Assembly (NCBI RefSeq): GCF_018977255.1
Contig: NW_024704742.1
Span: 96,536,001 to 96,600,000, forward strand
Direction: 5' to 3'
Origin: Callorhinchus milii
Lineage: Eukaryota
Length of the DNA: 64,000 bases
Part shown: positions 36,001-48,000 of the stretch, piece by piece
How positions within the stretch are numbered: position 1 is the first letter of the stretch
Layout of the letters: every line of letters begins with the position of its first letter
Notes under the pieces: model-generated
What the model was told of the DNA's origin: nothing
Databases searched by the model: none
Seen by the model: only the letters and a program-made list of their open reading frames with translations
Translations under genes and position numbers: made by a program

Positions 36001-39000
36001 GATTTATTTTTCACTTTGAAGAAAGGGCCACATAGGAAAAAAACAGAAAAGCCAGAAAAAATACCGCACAACACATCTGAATTTCATTTGGTCACTTGAA
36101 ATTCTGACTGCATCTGATGAATGTTGCTTTGGCAACAGATTTCAAGCCTGCAAATCACATGGTTAATCGCAGCCCTTAATCTGCCATCCATCAGCGAACC
36201 CAACCATGTTGCTGGAGCTGTAACCTCCAATCAGATTTATAGGTCACGTGGGTCACCCATCCCCGAACAACAACTACATTCATTGATAGCCTGGGTCATT
36301 TGAAAAGCAGCAATTTCTTAAATACTGACAGACAGGGGGGTGGAGAGGAGGAGACTGAATGTTAAAGACATTTGAACTCTTCCTTAAGACAAAAAACGTA
36401 TCTGCCCCAATCTTCCATTTTAAATTACTGCTTATTTAACAATTTCCAGTATAATTTCTACAGAGAACACATGACCAGCTTTAGTTTTTAAAAAAAGTTA
36501 CAAACATCTTCCGCAGCTGATACTGATCAGCCACTTCTCGTTTCCAGAAAGTCATTTCATGTATCTCAAGGAAACCAAACCATTTCAAAGAAACTTTCAA
36601 TTTATTGGAAAATATGAGTCAGAAGTTCTATTAACATTCACAAAGATAAAATTCTGTTTACTCAAACTGAACAACTGATTTACTTTGTATTTTTTTTTAA
36701 AAAAGCATAAAATGTAGAACTCAAAACAACACTGTCAATTCTCTAGCCAAATTAATTTCGGTGACAACTTTCAGATAAGATTCTACAGCCAAAGGCATGG
36801 AAAGAGATACAACATGTGAATAGGTTTATATACACTAAATCAAGAAGCAACCAAGGTTAAGACAATCGAAGCATTAAGACAATTGCTTCAGAACAACCTG
36901 ATGCAATTGGATAAAAATCCATTATTGTAACACTATAAATAAAATGTGCAGACCTGGGGAAAGAATATTGTTCACACCACTTTGGGCTCTAAATTAAGTT
37001 AGTGTTGATCCATGTAATAATCTGCATTCATGCCATTTTACAGTGCTCCCAACCACTCGCCAACTTCTAACTTAACAAGCAAAAGGATATGGCACAATAT
37101 GGATGAAAATAGTGATGATACAAGTGTGAAAAGGATTGAATTCCATGAAGTAATATAGTTCAGGTTGTAACCTGAGCACTTGAATTGGCAAGTGAAATAA
37201 AATAGAACGCACTGAAAAAAAAGCAAGACTAAAATTCAAATGATTACATGAATCAAGGCAATATTTAAGCAAAAAGCCAATGCAAGTCAACAATGTTTCC
37301 AAAGTATTTTGTAACAGAAATCACTGGACATGCAACTTTCACATCTCCTTACTTATGATGGCCAAAAAAACGTTACAATCTATTATTCTGTCAGTTGCTT
37401 TTCTCTTTTATCACAACACATTTTTTTTGTAACACTTCAGTTATGGGCACAATTTGGAAACAAAGTTTAGAAAAGTATTACTCTGTTGATGTTCTTATCT
37501 GTGGGATGAACCAAACTGAATTTCTCAGATTATCCTAGGACAACTCAGTGGTCCGTGTAACAATATTCTCAAGAGGGGAAATAAAGTCTAGTTGGTTTTT
37601 TTTTGTTTAAATGACTCCCACGAGGCATAAAGTTATTTCTCAGCACTTTCTACACAGTGATGAAAACTCACTTTAATATTGTACAGAACCGTCTGCTTTC
37701 AACACAAAGCCAATCTGGTAACATCTGTTATGGGGAGGAGCCGCAAAGGCTCCACTGAGTTGTGTGGGGGTGCGGGGAGGAGGGGTGGTGGGGGGAAAGG
37801 GAGGAAGAGAAGAGGAGACAGAACTGATCTGGAGACATTCGCCCCTGGGAAAGTTCAGCATCAGCGAATACACAACAATACCCTGGGTTGCCCTCCTCAC
37901 ACTCATTGAGAAAACACTTTGGTTCCTCCCTACCAACCACAAGAGCACAGCCACAAAGTCACTGCAGGTTTTTTTTCCATCACAGGAACAACCGTCTCCA
38001 CATCCGTTTCTTCGTGGTTTTGAATCAGGCATTTTTGTTGTTTTCACATGTCAAAGGTGACGGAAGTTTGCAAATTTGATTACGTCCACAGATGTCTGAA
38101 ATCTTACGAGAAGTTTTTTTAAAACCACTCCCTGCCCCCTGAATATTTCACTGGAGTGAACAGTGAGTTAACTGAGCGAGTTGAAACAAGTGCAAAAAAA
38201 CCACACACTTTACGATGCCAAAAGTTTGTATCACCCTGTGCTGATCTTCTAGGCCTGCGCCAGAAACATACCCTGAATACAACAATTCCAGATTGACTTT
38301 CCTTTCTCACTATTTCTTTGCCTTCTCCACCCATACTTTGCAAGTGTGAAAGAACAAGTACTTCAGGCAGGAGTGTGTGGCTCAGTTTACATCTTTGGTG
38401 TAAATGAAAACCATTGTACTTAACAGCTACCTCAGAGGAGTCTCAGCTTCACTCTCGAGGCTTTCCGAATTGTCAAACTTTAGACCCGCAGGAATAACCA
38501 AAAAGCATTTTATCACACGTGCAAGATTATACGTTTTTCTACGTACTGTCACCGACCAGTGTGAAGTAACACTTTGTTCAAGCTGTAAACCTATCCTTCG
38601 TGCCCACAGGATACAAAATTGATACAGTAGAGAAATAACCTAACTTTGTAAGCAGTTTCACACAATATGGGTCTTGTCTCCAGATCTTGTCTGAAACAAA
38701 CGCTCTGTGCCTGCAGCTGCAGGAACAGTATCTCATTTTGTTAGGATCAGACACACAACAGTGCAATTTTTAAAAAAATATTAATAACCAATTAAAATAT
38801 ATAAAAACAAGCAACAAACCACATTAGAGCTCAAAAATTGGAGCCTAAATGCATTGCTTTATGAGCTTTATTGCTTTATGAGAGCTCCCCAGCTCTGCCA
38901 TGATGCAGTCCATGTGACTGAAGTGCCGAGCAGATCTAATCGTTGGGGTGTGTCCATTCCACAACAGTACGACCCCGTTATTATGCGATTTGTTAGAATG

Positions 39001-42000
39001 CATGTTATAATCCGATTGGGGTATGAATCCTAGTCATTTCCTTACTCAAAAACTTTAAAATGTGCACATCTGGTCCATCAGATGTAAAATGCTGCCCACA
39101 GGCAGGCAACCAAAACGCCCAACTTCCAGTGTTCAGGTCGCCTCTGATGTCACGTCCTTCGCCGCAATACAATGAGCCGAGTGCCGTGAAGCAGCGATGG
39201 ACCAAAACAACCTTTCCGGACACGTGCACGGTGAATACATAAGTGCTGATCGCCCACCATGCCCAATCCCCATCGCAGTCGCTGTTTGAGATTTTATTGA
39301 CAGCCAACTGCTGTGTGACAACAGAGCTCCACTACAGTTTGTCAACAGGAACACCTGCCCAATAATTGTTCCTGCTGTGGGATGGATACACTTTTAAAAA
39401 GAAAAAAAATGTTTGAAAGAAAATAAGCACAGCATACCAGTCAATGCTATTTTTGCCATGGAATAGGCTACTATGTTTGGAAACAAAACTAATGGAAGCA
39501 GAGTTTTTTTTAAAAAAAACAAAGTAACACCTCCGCAGACATTCCTCCTTTGATACGCTCGACCCAACCCAAAAATAAACACAACCAGGAATCTAATCAA
39601 ATCCTGGCATCGATGTGTTGTATGATTTAGGGCAAGATGAGCCACCCAATTGAATGATGTGTGTGATTCAAATAAGTAGCTTTAAAACAAAAATCAAATA
39701 ATTACTCCTAATGAGAAAATGGATTGTACACAGCGGATATGAAGTGTAAAAGTCTGTTGTCACATAGAGACAAATTGGCTGCCAGGTTTACCAACAAATT
39801 CAGTCACAGCACTTTACAGTATATGCTCTGAAGCACTTTTGAGACATCCTCCTGACATGAAAAGCATTATATCATATACAAGGATGTTCTAATGCAAGAT
39901 TATTATTATGATGAGTTTTGAAGATATGCTATCTCCAAAGGTTCTGACATTAAACTTCCAAATTGAAAAATTATTTTGCAAGATAGAAGGCTTGTGGATC
40001 AAACTTTAAAAACAATCTGCTGCATTACATTAAGCACGGTGCAATTTCACACCAGAGTATGCCAAGGCTGTAAAACACCAGTTTGCTGTTATGCAAGTCA
40101 TGTTTAATAAGGGTTTCAAGACATTCATCCTATGTGAAAGGTGCTATACAAGAATAAGTTGCTGTAGATATAAAAGCCTAACCTTAGTAAGTCAGTGTAC
40201 TATAGACATTAAAACTAAAATACCAATTTGCAAATTTCTACTGAAATATCAATCCAAAATGTAAAATGCTTTGTCTTTTATTTGCAATTTACAATTTTGC
40301 AACCTAACAGGATGATCCAAATACTGAAAATCAAGACACATGAAATTAGGTTCAGTACATATCACTGCTATCTGTGTATTCAGTGCCCTGGAGAAGGTTA
40401 GCAATCCGATTGAACTAATATACTTAACAGCTTTATGCCTCTGCTCACGCAAACATCCATTAGGATGCAAATAATTCTGACACCCAAGCACAGGGCAAAT
40501 TTTAGCACAGCAATTTAAGTGACAAAAGCATTTAAAACATTGCCCCTTCAGGATTTGCATCTTTGAAAACAACAAAACATAACTATTTTACTTATTATAT
40601 TACCTGGGTTCGATTCCCGGATGGGGCGAAACCTTAGGCAAGTTTCCTTACTCCACATGCCTGTTTACCTAGCAGTAAGTAGGAACCCAGTTGTTAGTCG
40701 ATTTACGGATTGCTTTCCGAGGGTAATAATCCCTCCAAAAAAAGGTGTGGTCACTCAATCCACAGCTGTTCGTGGGGCATTGCTGTGCGCAATTGGCTGC
40801 CGCATTGCGCCCACTAAATATACAGTCAATTCACTTTACAGTATATTCTGTGAAGTCGAATATTCTGCGAAATGACTTAACATTATATTAATATATATAT
40901 ATGTGATCTCAACTTGGATATGGAGTAGTTATCAAATTTCACAGATGGGGCCAAGCTGAAAAGCAAAGTGAACAGCAATGAGGATGACAAAAACTGCTGG
41001 AGGATTTAAACAAATTAGCACAAAGGACTGATCAATGGCAAATTAAGTTTTCATATGACACGATTCATTATAATAGAAAGAAACAAAGGAAGAGAGTATA
41101 AATTAAATGTCAGTGTCTTGCAAGGAGCTGAGGAGCAAAAGGATTTGGGAGTTCATGTACATAAGTCATTGCAAGTAGCATCGCAAGTGACGAAGTCTAT
41201 AAAGAAAGTTAGGAGCATCCTTGGTTTTATACACAGGGTAGAGTACAAAAACAAAGCAATAGTTGTAAAATAAATCATTAGTTAGGCCACAACTGGAGTA
41301 CTGCATCCATTTTTGGGTATCTCACTTCAGCAAAGATGTTAAGGCCTTAGAGAGGGTGCAGAGGAGGATTCCAGGGATGAAGGGCTTCAGTTATGAGGAG
41401 AGATTGGAGAAGCTGCACCAGTTTTCATTGGAGCAGAGAAGGTTGAGGAGGGACTTGATAGAAGTGCAGAACCGTATACGGGTAAATAGGGAGAAGTTAT
41501 TTCTATTGAAGGGGGAGTCGATAACTAGGGGACATAGTTATAAGATAAATGGTGTAAACTGCTAAAGTATTTCCAAATTTATCAAGTGATATAGTTCCAA
41601 GCAAAAGTGGTTTCTGAAGTTTAATGTTCACCTGTTGATTGAATTTTCATCTGTTTATGAAGTTGAATGTTTAATTCTGCACGCGAGGTCTTATTCTGTA
41701 ACTTTACAGTAAAATAATATGTAAAATAAAGACCACCTTTGTCACTCAGCCGAGATATGAGATTGGCCACAGGGTTTTTGATTGACAAGAGGTTTTGAAA
41801 TTTCTGGGATAGAAATTGTTCTAATGGTTAAAGAACTTACAAAATCAGCTATGGCTCAGTAGTTTAATGGTTTTGACCCTATGTTGTTGATGGAACAGGG
41901 GGAAATCTGAAAAGTGGGCTCGACCTCTACCGAAATTATATATAGAAATTACCGTCAAATCACAGGGTATTTTGTCAACACTGCAACCAGTTTGCGCACA

Positions 42001-45000
42001 GACAAGGTCGCACAACCAACCATAAGGCAAATGTTCAATTAATCTGAAGGATTATTGGCCTCTATTCATTCAAATGACGCTCTTGCGCCGCACTATGGTA
42101 CAGACTTCACCATGATAGATATAGTCAGCAGTGCTGAGTTTTACAAGTTGCACCAGTATTTATAGCTCAAGTCAAATCATTGAAAACAAAGATTCAAAAG
42201 TAAGCATTAAACCAGCATTGATTTTTCAGCTATGCTTACTTGAACAGGTGGTGCTACTGAAATATAGAATTGAAAAATGAGCACTGTGAGCAGAGTGGTT
42301 TTAATACAAGTAACGCTAATTAATGGTCATTAATCATTCCTCTAAAAACATTCATATTCAGAGGTTACAAGACGGAAGCTGGAAGAGAAACAAATTCCCA
42401 ACCTTGAAAAGCCACACCTCAGGGCCTCTCAGTGGGTTACCATATGCATAGTTATGGCTTAAAATTACAGATACATGATAAGAACATGATGTTTATGAAG
42501 CCTAAAACCCGCAACATGTTTCCAGCTGCAGAAAAACCACAAAGTATACAGACTGTGGCTACAGAAAGGAGAGGATGGGCTGGTTCCCTTTTACTACAGA
42601 TTGGTTTCCCAATTTGTTAGTGCATGTCCTAACTTGTCCTCAAGATTCTGCCAGTCTGCACAGTCCGAGTTTCAAATTTTTTTAAAAAAAGGCTACATTT
42701 CCTCCTCCTGCAGGCAGGCTTTATGGTCAGATAGGATTCTTTTCCACAGTAATAAGACACACCAACTTGTCAGCTACATGATTAACAGCTCCAGGCCCTC
42801 TCAGTTTAAATGGCTCGTCACAGCCGTTCATCTACTGTAAGTCAGCTATTTACATAAATGTTCCACTCTAATCTATTCTAGTAACGCTGTAAGGTCTTTT
42901 GCAAGTTCCTCTACACCCACCTTGAACAAAGTGTGTAATAAAGTTATTGATCTTGACAGTTCTTTCCCTCCCCAAAGTTTACAGATTAAGTATTTTTCAA
43001 ACATTTGTCTGTGATACAAATAGATAATCCTTGCATTTGATATAGCGTCTTATCACTTCATTGAGATGTCACAAAGCGCTTCACAGAATATTTTGTAAAG
43101 CGGAGTGACCATGTATTTTGTGGGCGAAACGTGAAAAAAACCATAGGAAACAAAACATGTGGCAGGCGTTTATTTTGCCCTCATTCATACGTACATTGCC
43201 CCAAAAAGTGATAACTTGTGTTTTTAAAAACAAATGCATTCGGGTTACATCGGAGTAAGAATCTACTGCAAACGCTACTGATATTGTGTGATTGGCTTAT
43301 CTCACTTATGCAAATAAGTCATTGAGTAAGTAACTCAGGCTTGTGGCATGATTAACAGGCCTTTTGCAATCCAAAAAAAAACAACCTCTCCCTCCCACCA
43401 CCCAAAATCCAGCTGTGCTGGTTCCCTTTTCCAAGCAATACAGCACTCATAGCTTTTCTAAGCTGGAGATACAGACAGAATAGTGAATCGGTACATATTT
43501 AACCTGCCAAGGTGTATATTAAAAAAAGCACTTAGAACAAAAACATTTACTGCTAAAAGATTTAAAATCCACACACAAGGCTGCATGAAAGTAGAGTGCA
43601 CGAGCGAGCAGAAATTAAATGCACGAAAGCAGCACTGGTCTCAGTTCTTACAAACTGACATACTAGAGATTCTGCTCAGTCATGTACATCATGGTTTTGT
43701 CCCATTGCAGCAGAAGAGGTAGCAGTGATTTATGGATAAGACAATATTTCCACTGGAATTTACACTCATTCTTGTAAACTACTGGATTTCTATCTCTGGA
43801 GTTGCAAAAGATATAAAGAACTGGAACTAGGTTTCTAATGAACAGGATAATGCACAGCCTGACAGATTTCTATGACTATACCATAATCCTTCAAAATACC
43901 CCTGCAGCCTAAAGGAAAATTACAACATTTAATTGACCTCATCAGTACATGTACTGAAGTAAAAGCTTCCTGGGGAGAAGCAGGTATTGTCATAATTAGT
44001 TAACTACAATGTAAAATCCACAGCATGTGTGGCTACAAAAGGACGAGACTGCTGAACGTCTCAAAAGCGCAGATAATTGGATTTCTAGAAGCTAGATTAC
44101 GTCTAAACAGCTTCCTTACATCCCTACTGTATAAGCCACTCCATTCAGCCCATATAACAAAGAGGAAATAGAAGGCGTATCATTGGAAAGGAGTGGTTTG
44201 TGGGATTTATCCCTCAAGTGACCTGACCCAGTAACCCATGAGCATTTCTATTATACAGCTCCAATGGGGTTACAAAGCTTTATCCTTGCGGAGTTTGGTT
44301 CTCCTGCAGTGTCTATACAATGAAAGATTCATGAGCTTCTCACCTTCAGTAAATGTTACATTGATATGGAGAAAAGTTAGATGACAATAGTTCATGCTAA
44401 AGTGGAAATCTAACTACTTCAGTTCTAAGTAAAAGTGTAAACAGGCAATTTGCTGCTTTGGTCTAGCAATTAACTTTTTTTTAAAAAAGGAAAAAGTTTG
44501 CCCTTTTTGGCTTTAAAGCAGTTTAACAATTTCAATACATTGTGAGCCATCAAAACTTTAAAAATGTGTAGGTGGGATTCATGGAATTCTCAGTTTGGTT
44601 TGGATACTCTTAAGCATGGTGATGGGTTTCCACATGTGTCAGATACACAGCTGACCCCCAAAAATGTAAAAATAAAAGTGATACAATGTGAGATGAAGTT
44701 CCAGGTAGCCTTGATTCACAAAAATCTTCTGTGGAGTAAATTATCAAGCATTTCTTCAGAGAATTCAACTGAATCTAATCACCATAAAACAACCTCTGAA
44801 CTATTAAATGCCAAGATGTAGATGCAACTAATTCCATGAAAATGTCATTTTTGTTTCAATTTGCAATTTGAAGTTTTATTCATTCTAACACTTTGGGTTT
44901 GAAAGATATTAACTGCAGGTTTCAAATGGGTTGAGATTCAAAAAACAAATCAGATTGAGGACAGTGGATTTAATGACTGATACTCAACCAGGAGAGGGGG

Positions 45001-48000
45001 GGTGGGGGTGTTACCATGGAGGCACAAGGAAGGGAACACATTCCAAATCAACATTTTTGTACATCACAATTTAACCTTTCAAACGAATTGCTGTCTCTGA
45101 AGTGACCAATTTATTATTGGGTTTTTTTCTTGAGGGATTATTATCAGGTGTGTGGAGTAAGGAAACTTGCCCAAGGTTTCACCCTGCTGGGAATTAAACC
45201 CAGGTCTCTTACTTGCAAAGCGAGCGCTCTAACCACTGAGCTACAGGACTCCATATTTTATGGAGAAGAGTAGTTTTCACTTGTGTGGGACAGTAATAAT
45301 CATTGCATTTGAAGTTTTTATTCATTCTAACAGGACAATTGGTTTGGGTTTGAAAGAAATTAGCTGCAGATTTCAAATTAATTGAGATTCCAAAAACAAA
45401 TACAATACTAATCCTTGCATTTGGTATAGTAGCTTTCATGTTAGGAGGGTGTCCCAAAGTGCTTCACAGGACATACTATAAAGTTCAGTGACTGCATTTG
45501 TGGATAAAATACAGCGCCAAATGTGCACAGCAATGCCCATCGACAAGACAGGAGGTGAGTGAGGAATTTTATTTGGGGGAAGAGTTGGCCAGGACACCAG
45601 GGGAAACTCACTTCCTTTCAAATAGTGCCATGGGATCATTAACATTCACCAAAAGGAACTCAGTTTTACGTCTCATCGAAAGGACAGCACCTCCAACAAT
45701 GAAACACACCCTCATCACTGCATTGTCACGTCAGTTTAGACTATACAAGTTCTAAGAATCAACATGGGTCTTGAATCCCAAACTTTCTGATTTCGATCCG
45801 AGGGTGTTACCAACTGAGCCCGGCCATGTGCTTGGCTTTGCTTTCTGGATCGTTTGAAAAACACTCGGCTGGATTTCAACACTTGCCTGGTTTTACGTGA
45901 GTCACCATGCTCTTCTAGCTGCTGGTAAAATTTTTATTTACTAACTACTCTAGGCCATCAAAATTCAGGACTGATACCAAGAAATTTTACTTTACTCAAC
46001 AACAACAAGATTCCATTTATACTCAAAAGTTAACAATTTCAACAGCTTGCCAGGAAGGGTAATCGAGGCTGGGACATTGGACTCATTTAGAGAGCAGCTT
46101 GATGCTGTGATATGTGTATGTGTGTGTGTGTGTGTGGGGTGGGGGGGGGCAGGATTCTGAAGGGTTGCGATCAGATGGGCCAAAGGGTCTTCTTCATCCA
46201 AACTAATTTTATGTTCTTGTGAATACTTTAGAGCCACAGTAACTGCAATCAGGCATCTGCAAAAGTAAATAATACACTGAATATGTAGATGGAAAATCGC
46301 CTCACCAACATAGAACAAGGGTGGTTGGAAGGGGCGGGGGGAAGAGAGGAAATAATCACCAGATGAGCACTGGGTATGGTTACAGGTTTTTAAACCACCA
46401 ACATGCAAACACAAGAGGAAGTGGGTAACGGTAAATACCAGAAGAGTTAACATAAAGAAACATAGAATAAGAGAAGTTAGTCCATACAGTTCACTCCCCC
46501 CACAGAAAGTCTGCTCCACCTATGACTTCACCCGTAACTACTTCACAGATCTGACAGGACCTGAAATATAAATCATGAAAATTTCCACAAAAATATTCTT
46601 CAATCCCATAATTGCACTGTCATAGAAGATATGAAAAGCCTTGGAATAATTACACGCCACTAATGTTATTGATGAGATCAAACTAATAGCCTTGTAATTA
46701 ACCCTGTGTAGTTTTGTAAGACGACAGTGCACTGTGGAATACAAGGGAAGCTAATGACAGGTAGCATGGTAAACACCTCTGGCCAACATCTATATGCCAA
46801 GATTATTGGAAGTTAAAATAAGCCACAGATGATTGCCAAAATAGCACACCCAGTATATAAGAATATAATTGGCAGAAACTACAGATGGGTTAATTTGTAA
46901 ACTGCACCACAATACGACACTGAACCACCCACCAGGAATTAGCAGTCGCTTACAACAACAAAACTGTGCTGTTAAGCTGAACATGAAATATCAAACCAAT
47001 AGTGGTCTAGCTTGGCTACAATGCAATGGCCTTTTCCACCCCCTCCCCCCCCCCATCTCCAATTGTCAAATAGCTGACTAACATTCATGTTGTAACTTCA
47101 GAGGTAAGGATTGGACAGATGGACGAGAGGTCACCTGTAGAACTATAACAAGATACAAACCTTTAGGAGAGGAGCAAAGGGGATAAAATATGAGCAAAAC
47201 TGGAAAGACACCATGAATCAAAGTCTCTGTATATTACAGTTTACACTCACTGCACTTTTAAGAGATGCCAAAACACTGGGCAAGTTTCCTTACTCCACAA
47301 GCCCCTGTTTACTTAGCAGTAAGTAGGAACTGGATGTTAGTGGATTGGTGGATCACTTTTCCAGGGGTAATAATCCCTTAAAAAAAACTCAATCTACGAC
47401 TATTTGTGGGACATTGCTGTGGGCAATTGGCTGAAGCGCTATATCAAATACAAGGATTATTATTACAACATTCATAACAACATTCTGCATACCGACTTTA
47501 AAATAACTTATATTTTATACATTACCACGGGAGGACATCCCAAGGGGCAGGAAAAAAGGTGAATAATAATGACGGTAATAGAAATTGACAGAGTAAATGT
47601 TTCGGCAGAAAACATGCTGGATTAGGGGACGAAGAGTCAATTAAAGCATTGCAAATCAGTTCCTCTTTCACCACAGAAAAGGCTGCAACATTCAGTACAA
47701 TATAGAATACAGCAGTGCACAAACCCATTAAGGATCTCTGCATGATTCTGTGCTACTTTTGATTCAATAGGCAGGTTTTAAGAACAGATTTTACTGTGCA
47801 ACGCCCACTCTGTCAGCCAACTGGTTTCTTCAGCTCAATTAGTGTTTTGAAAAAGAACAGTAGTGTAGTGTTACTACTGATAGATTGCATACTTCAAATT
47901 ATATCTACACGGTTAATGTCACCATGTACCCTCTAACTGTTCAATGGACCATTATAATACAAACTACATTTGTGATCTGTACCATCTTAGAAAATAGGTT

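Noticed and set aside
38855..38885. Direct repeat ATTGCTTTATGAG x2
   Set aside because: A short local slippage duplication with no other supporting signal.
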